A stretch of DNA of 39,696 nt from Paraphysomonas bandaiensis (GCA_965644295.1 CBFFRP010000611.1:1-39696); one strand, 5' to 3'; counted from the first letter of the stretch, positions 21,394-34,592 are shown. The notes: generated by a model not told the origin, from the sequence alone. A program made the numbers and translations.

Positions 21394-22745
21394 ATGTTGG
21401 GCACATTACGCAGTGGTATCTGCTTTAACCAGCGTCGATTGCTGTCTATGTCTGTCAAGCACAGCGTGTGTGGTGCTCCACAGGATGTGCTCAAGTAAGA
21501 CACTCAATAACTAATTTACTGTATCGCCAGTGATGCATGTTAATGTAGGCTTGAGTCTGTTGATCCTATCGGCAAAGTTGGACCCAATCAAGTTGCATTG
21601 AAGATGTTGGCTGCGCCTATCAATCCATCCGATCTCAATATGGTACACTATATACGTGCTATATGCAGCAGACGCTAATATGTTATGCAGATCGAGGGTG
21701 TTTATGGTATTAAGGCAAAGCTCCCTGCGATTCCTGGCAACGAGGGTGTCGCTGTGGTAAAGAATGTTGGAGAAAAGGTTGCATCACTGAAGGAGGGGGA
21801 CTGGGTGATTCCTCACGGCGGGGGATTCGGTAAGTTGCGTTGAGAGACTAAAAATGTCATTCTAAGATTTTGTCTATCTGAATGAATAGGAACATGGAGA
21901 GAGGAAGCTGTTGCGGAAGAGGGCGATCTTGATAAGATACCGAACGATATACCTGCGGCCTATGCTGCAGTACTGGGTGTGAACCCGTCCACTGCCTACA
22001 GACTTCTTAGAGACTTCGGCAACCTTCAACCGGGGGACTATGTCATACAGAACGCAGCCAATAGCATGGTCGGCTTGGCTGTTGTGCAGCTTGCTAATCT
22101 AATGGGGCTTAAAACGATTAACATCGTTCGTTCTGACAGGTTCTAACATAGACAGTCTGCGAAAATTGTTCATATTCTATGTGCAGGCCCGATGTGTATA
22201 CCGAGCTTCGGCTTTTGGATAATCTCGGTGGCATGCTGAATGTCCCGTCTGACTATGCGGCGACTCATTCCTTCCGAGAAATCATCTCTGACTTGGATCG
22301 CCCTGTGCGCGTTGCATTCAACGCTGTAGGGGGACGTAGCGCTGAGGACATGGCTAGGGTCCTTCATCATGGCGGAACCATGGTAACTTATGGCGGAATG
22401 TCTAAGCGACCAGTGGAAATATCCCAGGAGATTCTCAACTATAAGCAACTTGACATGCGCGGCTTCTGGATGACGGAGTGGGTAAAGAGAAACAGTAGAG
22501 AGGACCGATTGGTGATGCTGGAGGACTTGGCTGGTTGGGTAAAGCAGGAACAGCTGTCTCTCTTCCTTGAACTACATGATTTCGACGATTTCCAGTACGC
22601 CCTTGAGCGTTCCCTCCTCCCCAACCGCAGGCGCAAGATTGTACTGAACATGGACTACCCCGATCGATTGGCTCAGCATGATGAGCTCGCTAAGGATAAG
22701 GAAGAGAACTACTCTATGTTTGACGTCGACCCCTTGATGCATTAA
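21394..22745 (+). CDS. MECR: Mitochondrial trans-2-enoyl-CoA (enoyl-ACP) reductase, multi-exon
   Basis: Spliced motifs [61 protein letters not shown]; Arg-containing targeting-like N-terminus [15 protein letters not shown]. Confidence 0.93.
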
Positions 22746-24608
22746 TTGCACTGCGGTGTAACAGCTTGCTTATTATATAGTTATACTGCTCTTGTTTAAA
22801 TATGCAGGGGCGAAATAGTGTGATTTAATGAAAATTGCTCCTAATAAATAGTAATCGTAAAAACAGTGCTGGTAGAATATTCCGCGAGCTGGAACATAGA
22901 ACATAGTAACTTGTGCTGCGTGCAATGTTGTTGACACTCCGTGAACTTTAGTCATCGAACACAGATTTGTGTTCATCTTGTTTGATTCGATAAGGTCTTG
23001 TTAGAAAAATATAAGGATATATGTTACAAATCTACAAATTATTTCGCTAGTTCATATATAAGAAAATAGAAACTCGTATATCATGCCTTATTTGTAAACA
23101 AGCCAGCCATTGAAATACATGAAAAAACAGTTAAATACGGTATTATATAATTTTTTGATGAACTAGGTTTGACTAACTAAATTACATAGACTGAATAAAA
23201 TTTTAAAATAGTGGCTGATCGAATACGATTGATAACATTATAACTTTTCTCTATAGCGAATGATAATAAATTAACTATTGGAGAAGATGAGAAATAGATT
23301 TTATAATATTAATTGATTGAGTGTAGTATTCAGTTAATAATACTTTTTCTAATTGTACATATGTCAAGAAAGTGATATTATCGATACAAACATTTTATAA
23401 GAAAGCTCATTGCTAATAATAAGACATTCCCTACTATGACCATTTATTTAGTGCTAGTGTACTACAATGTTTTTTGTTTCCCTTGTATCTTATCGCAAGA
23501 ATGACGATATAGGACAACGTTTCTAAACAAGACAAGGTTCAGAAAGAAGAATCTACAGGGTTATCTGGATCGGTAAATGTCTCACCTAAATTACGCCCTG
23601 GTTTCATATTTCTTGGACCTGACTGCTGCGAATATCTTATTATGTACGTGATACATTATACTTACCTATGTATATATATATATATATACTATAACTGAGC
23701 AAATGAACTTATAATTTTCCAGATTTTTTATATAACATATTAACAATATAGAAGTGTAATAAATTAAAAGCTTGTATATTTGATGCAGCTATATGTTGGT
23801 CATTGAATTTAGTTGTAGAAGAAGACTGATATATATAATAATTGTAGTTACAACTTGTACACGGACATAATATATTATATTAACCAGTGAGATAGTTAAT
23901 TATAAATTCAATCTTGGAATATAAATTCATCTATGAAACTTTTATTTAAAATGTACGGTCACGTTCTAAACATATACATGCTGTTTGCATCAGCAGGCAC
24001 AGGATATAGTATTGCAAGACTGCTGTTCAGCTGTTGCATATATGAGGAGCACAGACTACATGATACATGTACCTGTACTTAGATATATCAACTTTTTGTT
24101 TGTTGAGTTTGTTTGTGGTTAGTGACTGGTGAAAATCTGTTCTCAGAAAAGTTACATGAATATATTTATGTTGTGAATTGTGAAGTGTTGAGTTAAATAA
24201 TTTTAATTCTTACTTGGAAATACATTGTGTGCAACAATGCAAGGTTAAGGTATACATGTAGAGCAAGTTTGACATCAGTGTGATGTCCAATTCGAACGTG
24301 CTTTTCTCTTTCCTTGGTTTGTACGTTTGCACTACACCTCCTTATCTCCTTATATGTAACCTTCTACGGAACTATCAGTTGCGGGAATGGTACAGTAACA
24401 TTGAGTAAAGTGTACCAAAGCAACATAGTAGTTGCGACATCGCGCACAGTGACCCAGACGTATCACATGGATCTTAAACCCGGAGGTGAAATAAAATCCA
24501 ATATATTCATATAAGTACAATCGATACAAGTAACTATCAAATATGAGATACGGAATATACGGACAGAGTCATGAAAAAGTATAATAACATAGAAAAACTA
24601 TGACAACG

Positions 24609-25479
24609 CTACGTGGACAAAAGCTCATCTCGCAGCATGAGACTCATCCGCCTCGCAACTGGTTCATCAGACATGTCCACCATTGATGTTCTATTCTCGG
24701 CTAGCACTTCATGAGTATAGTGGTAACGAAAGGAACCTGAAAGTATATAGAGGCTACGCGGGGGAGCCACAAATTCAACAACTTTAGGAACATCGTCACG
24801 ACCATCGTAGAGGTGCTCGAACTCCTCACTCAATTGCAAGCGGAATATTCTACTTGACATAAGCGATAGGCCAGCCACAAGACCTCCGCTGAACTTAATA
24901 CTATCAATGTGAGGTGCTACGGGTGCACATATCAATTACGATAAATAATATCGATGTAAACGCAATCAATAACGTATAATACCTATAAATCCTTCGTTGT
25001 GAAGGTCTATGACATGGGGATTCATGAGTACAATGTCGTCTCCATGTACATCTTTAACGCAATCGATGACTTTCTGTATAGCGACACTGACCTGAATAAT
25101 CAACCATAAACCGGAATATCAACAGCACAGTGGTAAGAGACTTACATTGGATGGAATATCCCTGGATCTAATCTCTGTTTCGCGGTACTTAACGATAACG
25201 TTATCCCAGTGATCAGCCATATAACGCCTTCGAGACAGCAGAGGCTCAATAAAAGATATAAGAGCTCTACAGCAGTGCCTCAGATGAATTAAAAACACAC
25301 TCGTGTCCTGTGAAGTACCTTTCATCTTCCTGAGTGATAATATCGTTAGTGAGGTGGAGGGAATCAGAGGGAACCACTGAGCCAGAGGGGTGCATGTACA
25401 GGCTGCTATGATAACGATGGATTGCTCTGTTCATGAATCGAATCGGGCCTGCTGAGACCCCGCTTACAATAAACGTCAT
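24609..25479 (-). CDS. ALKBH7: AlkB homolog 7-like Fe(II)/2OG dioxygenase, multi-exon
   Basis: HWDNVIVKYRETE, PHVIDL, PHIDSIKFSGGLVAGLSL (HxD), RSLYILSG.FRYHYTHEVL, RRMSLMLRD. Confidence 0.9.
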
Positions 25480-26376
25480 ACTGGATTGATATTGTCCGAG
25501 ACAGGAGCCGCAGACACATACATATATATATATATATATACATGTGCCTGTCAACATCAATGTACAGCACAGCAGAGCAGAGTACAGCACAGAATTCCAC
25601 TGTATACCGGTATACATACACAGTACACTGCTGTATATGTGTAGCTATATACCTACTATGGTATGCTGCATGTACATATGTGCGTGTACACAGACTACGC
25701 GCATCCCATGTATGTGCGTCTAGCTATAGATGCATCATGTACAGCTGTTGCAGTGTGTCCATGCTGTGACCAGACCACAGGGACTATGACAACAGCCTAG
25801 AAGGAGGTGACAAGGCAATGGAAACTGTTATTGAAAGGTTAAGCAATATCAAGAGGTTATGAGGGGATTATATATATACATGTATGAGTGAGAGGCGCTG
25901 GTAAGATACGATGCATGAGAGTAAATGAATACCTCGTCATAACTGTTACATGCTACATATAGGATAGTGTAGCATAAGAAGTAGGTAAATTAGTCCTTAT
26001 CAAACGGAGTAGAGTAAAGTAAAAACACGTGAACACCCTTTTATATAGAGTGTTGGATATTTTTGCACTACGTGATGGGGTGGGTAATATTCTTGCCATT
26101 ACTTACCATAGTTCATGCTCTTTTGCAATATAGAACACTGCCTCGTTGACGTAATTACGATGTAAGATGTTCTATATTACCTTACTACAACTATTTACAC
26201 AATACATAAAACTATTGAAGGATTAAAGATTGTCAATTACTTTGTACAATAAGAAATCAGGTGAAAAGGAGGGGATCTGTCTTTAGATGCATAATGAAAA
26301 TATGTTCAAGCCTATGATCATGACATTTAGATGGTTACTTTATAGAATCCTCTTCAATCGCAATGTCAAATCCCTT

Positions 26377-26636
26377 TTGCTCCATTCTGAGCGCGTACTT
26401 AGGTAGATCCGGGTGGGGTCGGGTGGGTACTTAACTAATACTTGTTCAAGGCCCATATGTTATTTGCTAGCTACCTACTGAACCCAACTAGCTACATCGT
26501 TATCACACGGTATTCGGCGCTAAATATGCAGTGAGAACCGCTGAACTAAGCAATGTGTACATGGGTAGCGGTGTTAGGTCGCAGCACCCACTAGAAGGCC
26601 GCACGCAGTGATTAATTACGCTGTCAGTATGGGGCA
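26377..26636 (+). mobile_element. MITE, ~260 bp, copy 1
   Basis: Imperfect TIRs TGCTCCATTCTGAGCGCGT / ACGCTGTCAGTATGGGGCA; flanked by CCCTT on both sides; colinear in reverse with 38886-39146. Confidence 0.78.
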
Positions 26637-26852
26637 CCCTTCACAGTAACCACAAAATGCACCTATATAAGTAAAAGGCGTTCCAATACTTCACCTACGC
26701 ACACATACGCAACATTGATGATTTTACTACATAGAGAACAAACTTTCCATTATTAACGTATATACGGTAACAACTAAAACACTAATAACATCACATAGGA
26801 AAATACGACATCTACTTTGGAATATACATTACTATTAATACTCAACTGTGTA

Positions 26853-27431
26853 CTACATATTATCTCCTACGCTATACTTCATCGACGCTAGTGTGACGTA
26901 TTGATGAGGTGTCAGTCTTTTACTTTCATATCTATATTTCGTATTTTCGATTGCATGGCGCAGAAGAAGACCACTTGTTCCTCGCGATCGTGAAGGATTA
27001 CGGTTACAACCTCTACGGCATACCAGTTGTTTGAAGTACAGATTATCCTCTGGTAAATTACAAAACACCAAAAAATCGGCGGTTGACATGGAGTACTTCT
27101 CCCTTATTTCACGGACCCATTTGTGCAAATTGAGCCACTCTCTCTTTGCATCTTTTAGTTCATTCGCAATTAGCTTCTGCATTCTGACCTCAGATGTATC
27201 ACTTGCGGAATCGTCACTTAAATCTTCATCATCATCGCTATCAATATCTGAGTTGTGACTTGAATCTGAACCCTCAACTGATCCCTCATCATCATCACCA
27301 TCTTCACTATCACCGGAGATGTCGCCGTCGCTACTGTCACCATCGTCTCCTGATTCATCAGATGAATTGACATCATCATCACTCCCAGACTGTGACTCGT
27401 ATTCACTTTCCTCTTCGCTTTCAACTGACAT
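26853..27431 (-). CDS. Hypothetical protein, Asp/Ser/Glu-rich N-terminus plus ~110-aa globular C-terminus
   Basis: 192-aa ORF with protein-like composition; no family recognised; may have upstream exons. Confidence 0.5.
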   Translation of the reverse strand: MSVESEEESEYESQSGSDDDVNSSDESGDDGDSSDGDISGDSEDGDDDEGSVEGSDSSHNSDIDSDDDEDLSDDSASDTSEVRMQKLIANELKDAKREWLNLHKWVREIREKYSMSTADFLVFCNLPEDNLYFKQLVCRRGCNRNPSRSRGTSGLLLRHAIENTKYRYESKRLTPHQYVTLASMKYSVGDNM

Positions 27432-27566
27432 ATCTCTCAGGTACCGGTACTACAAATGCATCAGAGCGTTGTAGTTATGTACTTGTGTTCAACTGAACTT
27501 TGTATCAACTGGGAACTGCTCTATATTACACGACAATGTGAACTGTTAGGCGTTACGGTAACAAGA

Positions 27567-27907
27567 ATACATACATACATACATACATACATACATACAT
27601 ACATACATACATACATACATACATACATACATACATACATACATACATACATACATACATACATACATACATACATACATACATACATACATACATACAT
27701 ACATACATACATACATACATACATACATACATACATACATACATACATACATACATACATACATACATACATACATACATACATACATACATACATACAT
27801 ACATACATACATACATACATACATACATACATACATACATACATACATACATACATACATACATACATACATACATACATACATACATACATACATACAT
27901 ACATACA

Positions 27908-27938
<31 letters not shown>

Positions 27939-28563
27939 CATACATACATACATACATACATACATACATACATACATACATACATACATACATACATACA
28001 TACATACATACATACATACATACATACATACATACATACATACATACATACATACATACATACATACATACATACATACATACATACATACATACATACA
28101 TACATACATACATACATACATACATACATACATACATACATACATACATACATACATACATACATACATACATACATACATACATACATACATACATACA
28201 TACATACATACATACATACATACATACATACATACATACATACATACATACATACATACATACATACATACATACATACATACATACATACATACATACA
28301 TACATACATACATACATACATACATACATACATACATACATACATACATACATACATACATACATACATACATACATACATACATACATACATACATACA
28401 TACATACATACATACATACATACATACATACATACATACATACATACATACATACATACATACATACATACATACATACATACATACATACATACATACA
28501 TACATACATACATACATACATACATACATACATACATACATACATACATACATACATACATAC
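27567..28563 (-). repeat. (CATA)n = (TATG)n on the minus strand, ~1.0 kb
   Basis: Near-perfect array with one 1-nt deletion at ~27908. Confidence 0.99.
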
Positions 28564-29413
28564 GACATGCACTTCTGTACACACTTGTATATACCTCTTC
28601 CTCCAACACATTGTGGGACTGCTGTAGTATTACTGTAACTGAAGTCGTCTAGTTCAATTGGTATCATGCTGGAGTTTCTGTATTCTCCTCAGAGAGATGT
28701 GTCGTATGACTTTATCGCAGGCATGTACCTTGCAGGTTTGTGTTCTCCATTAGTTGACCGTGTGTCTGACCTCTTTCTTTAAGGTTGTGTAATAGGATTG
28801 TTATTGGGTGTACTGGACATAGTTTTTGAAGTTGAAGAAGTTAAAGGGTTTTGGATTATATTTGCTCCCTTTTCTGTTTCTTTGATATGGGCACTAGTTT
28901 TACGTACAAAAGCTAAGAAGCTGTTTACTTCAGAGGATATTCAAAAGAAGAATAAATAATTAATTAGTTTAGTATGTGTGGTCGTTTTAATTTAAAGAAA
29001 TTATATTTCAGTGTAGTATTGTGCAGAAAATGATCAGGTATCGGCGGTTTCTCATTGGAAAAAGTACAATTACAACTATCACTGGTCAGTGGTGACTTAC
29101 TAAACCTAATAAGCTTGTAATGATGTATTGCACACGACAAAACTGAAGATGAGATAATTAGCATTGTGGTATATTGTGAGACAACGATATTGTAGGTGTC
29201 GAAATTTAGTAAAGTCACAAGTATCAAGTATCTGTTGGTAGGAAGTAGGAAGGCCAACAAACAGCCTTTAAATATACGCTATTACAGCAAAGAACTGTGA
29301 TTAATTCATATCATGTAGCTATACTTAAGCATACTATCCCCAGTAAGTTTTAATGTGAAAAGCTCGTAATAGCACCATTCATTCGGTACGGCCTCTTCTA
29401 TTTTTGTTGTGCT

Positions 29414-29706
29414 TGTTGGGAAATGCTCATTTTACTTAGATCAAAGAGAGATTAAGTTGTTAGACTAGATAGATTTATTAATATCGTTTACACGAATTGT
29501 GTTAAACAACACAAGCTCGTTTTGTGCCATGCATAAATCACTACTTCTGTAGACCTTTCGCTACTAAACATATCTTGAAAGAGCAAACTATTTCAGTTTT
29601 CTCAATATCATAACAGCATCTACACATCACCATACTTCACTGTATTCTCGTACATTGTCTTCAAGTACCACATTGAATATACTAGGATACAGTCCATATT
29701 CTAATA
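29414..29706 (-). repeat. 3' LTR (293 bp)
   Basis: Direct repeat of 34576-34868; minus-strand ends TATTAG...CCCAACA. Confidence 0.97.
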
Positions 29707-29879
29707 CTCCCACTCAATGTAGAATGCAGTGATACGAAACAACAATGAGTACAGTGATCTTCATGCTATAAACTAGTCTCATAGGTAAAATAGATGTGAA
29801 ATCTTATCAAGATACATATATAACTAGCAGTCAACTAGATATATAGTTATGTGGGATTCTCACCCACTAAAACACACCT

Positions 29880-32800
29880 TTAACCTCTTCGGGGTCGCTT
29901 CTTCTGCTGCTCCTCAACTCTGGTTGACACACTTCTCTTAACCCCGGTAATAGTTTTCTCATGACGACTGAAAAGTTTCGTTGACAATGCCTTCGTGAAA
30001 ATATCAGCCGCCATATCATCCGTCGACACATGAATCAACTTTGCCGTAGGAAATTTTCCATTTACATGCTCTCTCACCCAGTGATACTTGATGTCTATAT
30101 GCTTCGACCTCTTATGATACACAGGATTCTCGGAGAGATCTTTCGCACTCTTGCTATCCATAAAGAATGGAGTCGGCTTCGCAACTAAGAGCCCGAGCTC
30201 CTTGAACACCCCCCGAAGCCACACCAGTTCTTGCATAGCCGCATACTCCGCCATATATTCAGATTCCATGCTCGAAGTTGCAACTGTGGTCTGTAGTTTA
30301 GACTGCCAGGCCAATGCGCCTGCACATAAGAACACAATGTATCCTGTTGTCGATCGCCGAGTCAGTCTATCACCAGCCCAATCTGAATCACTGAACACAT
30401 GTAAGTCGAACTCACTCCCACTGAATCTGATGCCCTCATCAATTGTTCCACGCAAATATTTCAATAAGTGAATCGCCAGTTTGCACGATGCATATGTCGG
30501 ACAACTACTAAATCGAGACAATAACCCCACTGCATAAGCCAGATCAGGTCTAGTATGCATTGCTAGATACAACACTGCTCCAATAATTTGCCGATACGGA
30601 AATGAGTCAACCCACTGCTTCTGCTCCTCCGTAAGTTCACGTTCCTCGGCCAACAGATCCTGAACATTAGTAGGTAGTGGGGCCTCCTTATTCTTACTAC
30701 TCTTTCCCATAACTGAGCTGAATTTCTTGATAATATTCTTAGCATACTCAGATTGATCTAACATATACCAATTTTCTCCTCTGGTTATCCTGATGTTCAG
30801 AAATCGCTTACACACTCCCAGATCATGCATCTCGAATGTTTCACAGAACCTACGCTTTACGCTTTCCAAGTAAGTCAGATCAGCGGATGCAATTATGATA
30901 TCATCAACATATATCAATAATAAATGCAGTTTTCCGTTACTCCATCGCATATACAAACACGTATCCAAAATACACGGAGTAAAATGCAATGATTTAATAA
31001 ACTTGTCAATATGTTTATTCCACTGTCGCGGTGAAGATCGCAGTCCATACAATGCCTTGATTAGTTGAAAACACCATCCAGCTAGTAATTCCTCATCTGG
31101 TGGAGGTGCCATATACACGTCATCCTCCAGATCTGCATAGCAAAATGCGGATGATACATCTAATTGATGCACATGCATCTGTAACATAAACGCAATCGCT
31201 AACACTAGTCTAATGGTTATACCCTTAACCACTGGAGCGAAAGTGGACGGCTCCTCCTCCTTCTTCTCTTGGAGATTTCCTAATGCCACTAGCCGAGCCT
31301 TGTACTTTACTATATTCCCTAGTATGTCTCGCTTCACCGTATGCACATATTTCGCTCTAACTAATTTCACTCCGCTTGGAATTTTCACGATCTTCAAGAC
31401 ACGTCTTTTCAGCAATGATGTCTTCTCCACCATTCGAGCTTTTCTCCATTGTTGATACTGTGGAGATCTCTCTGCCTCGGCATATGAATTTGGTATCTTG
31501 ATATCTTCTGTCTCTGCATGGTTAAGATCAATATTATGCGCATCCGGTACTTCAACCATATTAATCTCTCCTAAAACTGACGCGTTTGCCAGTCTCCGCT
31601 GCAGCCGTTTGCGTCGGACCCGACCATCACCATCTAGTTCAATCGGTCGACGAGGTATATAAGAACCCATACCTTGCTCATCCTGAGCACGCACATCGTG
31701 CGTTGTGGGAGGAGCCCCGCTCACAACCCCAGACTCATAGTCTTCAGAGGTCTGCAACCTCACAGCTGTCTCCTGACAGGTTGGGTCAGGACTCTCCTGT
31801 AACCCTCCAGGTCTTCCCTGGTCCAGCACCCTGGCTGGCATAGTACTCAGGGCGTCCCCCTTTCCTATATATCCGGTATTCCCGGGAGTTTCTGCAGTCA
31901 TTCGCACTACGTCCTCGACGTGAATCGGCACCCGGTGCTCGATATGCTTCCGACCTGCAGTTACCAGAGATCGATAGGCTACTATTACCCCCTTTCGTTC
32001 TACTACTCTCGTGGTCTTGTAGAGAAGACCATCCTCATCATCAATATGATATGTACCTTCTAAGCCCGCATAGTCAGACACAATTTTCGGTCTCTCGGCC
32101 TCCTTCACTCGAAGAGCATCTATCTCAGCGAAATAGCTCTCCGAGCGTGACGGTATGGACTCATCAGTTAATACATGTACCGACGTGACGACCCTATCAG
32201 TCGCAGGTAGATATACATCATATCCTACCTTTTCATCTGAATATCCTATCAGATATCCGATAAGGGCCTTGTCGTCCCAGTCTTTCCGTCGATCCGCCTT
32301 TGTAGTGAGGACATACGCACGACACCCCCATACTCTGAGATATTTCAGGTTGGGAGCCTCACCAGTCAAAAATTCAAGAGGGGACATATACCCCTTCGCT
32401 GTCTTTGTAGGCAATCGAATTAATATGTACCTGGCTGCCATGTAGGCATCTAGCCAAAACTGTGAAGGCAATCCTGACTGAATCAGCATCGCTAATGTCA
32501 TCTCACCACAGGTCCTGAATTTCCGCTCCTCAATCGCGTTCATCTCAGGAGAGTCCGTAGAGCTCCACGTATGTTGATAGCAACCCTGTGACCTAAGATA
32601 TTGTCGCAGCTCATCACATATTAGCTCCCCTGCTCCATCTGCATGGTAATGATGCATTTCTAATTTGTACCTTTTCACATCTCCTTCAAAAATCTTCTTG
32701 AAAACCTGCAGTACCGATGACCCAGTCCTATGAACAAGCCCTTCCGACCAGAACATCCGACTGGCATGGTGTGTTAGTTTGAGCACATATATTTCCCCTC

Positions 32801-34592
32801 CTCGAGCTGGACAATTTAAGTATACTGCTATATCGGCCGAGAAATTTGGACGAACGGAGTCCTCATCCTTTGTCCGAAAACTTACTCTGGTGATCTTCGC
32901 CCTGGCGCATACATCACATAGACACTGTTCTTTGGAAACACGTTTCGAGAGATGTTTTCGTTTCAGTCCAGTCCCAATAATTAGCATTCTTTTGTGGGCT
33001 TCTACCAACGCATGCTTGTTAAAATGACCCGCTCTCCTATGTAACAGCTCCAGTTCATCCTCACCCGTACGGTCACTGAGATTTACTTCTGAATCACTGG
33101 ATGTCGATACGTCTGGAAGCTCCAATAACTGCTGTGTTGGCACAGCAGTCATTCCATTCTTCATAGGTCCCTCCAACACCAGCTCATCCGTATTTCTGTC
33201 ATATATCTGTATACCATACCATACAGTAAATCGATATCCCATATCGTTCAACTTCCGTCCAGAACAAAGACACCGATTTATCTGACTTGATACCTCAATG
33301 TTCTTCCATGCTCCACGGGAACCTACACTCGTGACGCATATCTCTGACCCTTTTTTCGAACCATTAATAACCTTTGATGTGTGCATATGACTATCAAGTA
33401 TATTCACATCATTTATCAAAAACATTGATGACGAACAACAGGTATCAATGTATGTATAGTGAATATCCTCATGCACACTACTGCATATATTCGTCTCATA
33501 CACATTACATGACAAGTGATACTCTTCCTGTTGCTCGATCATATTTGCTTCGTCTTCGTCAGACAAATCCGCTGGCTCTCCACGCCTGATGTTTTCAACT
33601 GTAAGTAGTCTTTTGTCTGGTTTCCTTCCATCTTGAAACCTCACAGCCTTGCTCTTGCTTTGCGAGTACTTCTTTTTCGATGCTGGACAATCGATGGCAA
33701 GATGTTCCTTTGACTTACAATTTCTGCACCCAGTATATTCGGCACTTCCAGGTCGCTGCCCTGTAATCTCTGTATCCTTCTTCATCGGCTTCTTCTTACC
33801 GTTGTTCTTCTTACGATGATCCCTCTCTCTGCGATATCGTTTCTTACTGTCTATCAGGTTCAGCTCCTCCACTCTTTTACGCTTCTTCTCCAACGCTTCC
33901 TTCCCAGCCATAGTATCATCATAGCCTTCTATCTTACGTGATACAGTTACATAATTAACATCATCATCCATCAAGTATAATCCAACTCTCAGTTGAGCAT
34001 ACTCTTCATTGAGCAAGCCTTCTCGTAGTCGACTTGTTTTTGATACCTCCGAGATATCCTGCTGCTGCTCCTGTAGTTCCTTCAGCAGTAGTTCGAACCG
34101 TAGTACGTAGTCCTTCGCCGTCTCCTCCGGACGCATACGGAAAGAACCATATTGAGTTAAGAGGTCACTGATCCTATTTTGCTTCCCTCCAGCAAAACAC
34201 TTCTTCAACTCATCAATCATTACATGTGTTTTGAACCTGTTTACACCACTCCCTTCTGCCTTGAACGCTTTGTGGGTAAGATGGAATTTACGCAGCGCTT
34301 TCGGGGAATGCTGCACCGCATCCCTGCAGTAAGAATAAGCTATGGCGTTCGCCTTCCAATACCTCTTCACAGCCTGTCTGTACGCCTTCTCCTCCATCAA
34401 CGTAAGTGGCTGCTCCCCGAAGTCGCTCTCCTTAGGTGGCAGTTCCACCGCTACCTCGCTTTGTTCCTTCCTCATAAGGAATGTCTCGAAGTCCTCAATC
34501 CATTGTTCAACGTTAGTCTCGTTGAACTGAGGAACTACTCCTCTATCCTCCTTCTCTCCTCCTCGCTCGCTACCATGTTGGGAAATGCTCAT
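29880..34592 (-). CDS. Copia gag-pol polyprotein, 1570 aa
   Basis: Gag PQFNETNVEQW, zinc knuckle CRNCKSKEHLAIDC, protease-like YIDTCCS, integrase HRRAGH..CDVC / HADGAGE / NAIEER, RT YKARLVALG, ALYGLRSSP, YVDDII, RNase H SDSDWAG, SKHIDIKYH. Confidence 0.97.
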   Translation of the reverse strand: MSISQHGSERGGEKEDRGVVPQFNETNVEQWIEDFETFLMRKEQSEVAVELPPKESDFGEQPLTLMEEKAYRQAVKRYWKANAIAYSYCRDAVQHSPKALRKFHLTHKAFKAEGSGVNRFKTHVMIDELKKCFAGGKQNRISDLLTQYGSFRMRPEETAKDYVLRFELLLKELQEQQQDISEVSKTSRLREGLLNEEYAQLRVGLYLMDDDVNYVTVSRKIEGYDDTMAGKEALEKKRKRVEELNLIDSKKRYRRERDHRKKNNGKKKPMKKDTEITGQRPGSAEYTGCRNCKSKEHLAIDCPASKKKYSQSKSKAVRFQDGRKPDKRLLTVENIRRGEPADLSDEDEANMIEQQEEYHLSCNVYETNICSSVHEDIHYTYIDTCCSSSMFLINDVNILDSHMHTSKVINGSKKGSEICVTSVGSRGAWKNIEVSSQINRCLCSGRKLNDMGYRFTVWYGIQIYDRNTDELVLEGPMKNGMTAVPTQQLLELPDVSTSSDSEVNLSDRTGEDELELLHRRAGHFNKHALVEAHKRMLIIGTGLKRKHLSKRVSKEQCLCDVCARAKITRVSFRTKDEDSVRPNFSADIAVYLNCPARGGEIYVLKLTHHASRMFWSEGLVHRTGSSVLQVFKKIFEGDVKRYKLEMHHYHADGAGELICDELRQYLRSQGCYQHTWSSTDSPEMNAIEERKFRTCGEMTLAMLIQSGLPSQFWLDAYMAARYILIRLPTKTAKGYMSPLEFLTGEAPNLKYLRVWGCRAYVLTTKADRRKDWDDKALIGYLIGYSDEKVGYDVYLPATDRVVTSVHVLTDESIPSRSESYFAEIDALRVKEAERPKIVSDYAGLEGTYHIDDEDGLLYKTTRVVERKGVIVAYRSLVTAGRKHIEHRVPIHVEDVVRMTAETPGNTGYIGKGDALSTMPARVLDQGRPGGLQESPDPTCQETAVRLQTSEDYESGVVSGAPPTTHDVRAQDEQGMGSYIPRRPIELDGDGRVRRKRLQRRLANASVLGEINMVEVPDAHNIDLNHAETEDIKIPNSYAEAERSPQYQQWRKARMVEKTSLLKRRVLKIVKIPSGVKLVRAKYVHTVKRDILGNIVKYKARLVALGNLQEKKEEEPSTFAPVVKGITIRLVLAIAFMLQMHVHQLDVSSAFCYADLEDDVYMAPPPDEELLAGWCFQLIKALYGLRSSPRQWNKHIDKFIKSLHFTPCILDTCLYMRWSNGKLHLLLIYVDDIIIASADLTYLESVKRRFCETFEMHDLGVCKRFLNIRITRGENWYMLDQSEYAKNIIKKFSSVMGKSSKNKEAPLPTNVQDLLAEERELTEEQKQWVDSFPYRQIIGAVLYLAMHTRPDLAYAVGLLSRFSSCPTYASCKLAIHLLKYLRGTIDEGIRFSGSEFDLHVFSDSDWAGDRLTRRSTTGYIVFLCAGALAWQSKLQTTVATSSMESEYMAEYAAMQELVWLRGVFKELGLLVAKPTPFFMDSKSAKDLSENPVYHKRSKHIDIKYHWVREHVNGKFPTAKLIHVSTDDMAADIFTKALSTKLFSRHEKTITGVKRSVSTRVEEQQKKRPRRG
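34564..34575 (-). promoter_or_regulatory. Primer-binding site, probably initiator tRNA-Met
   Basis: TGGTAGCGAGCG directly after the 5' LTR; TGGT+A is complementary to a tRNA 3' end U72-A73-CCA, the A1:U72 signature of eukaryotic initiator tRNA. Confidence 0.7.

Noticed and set aside
22760-24600. AT-rich intergenic stretch with short ORFs (22773..22976, 24314..24514) and a small (TA)n
   Set aside because: No coding signal, termini or repeats that I could support.
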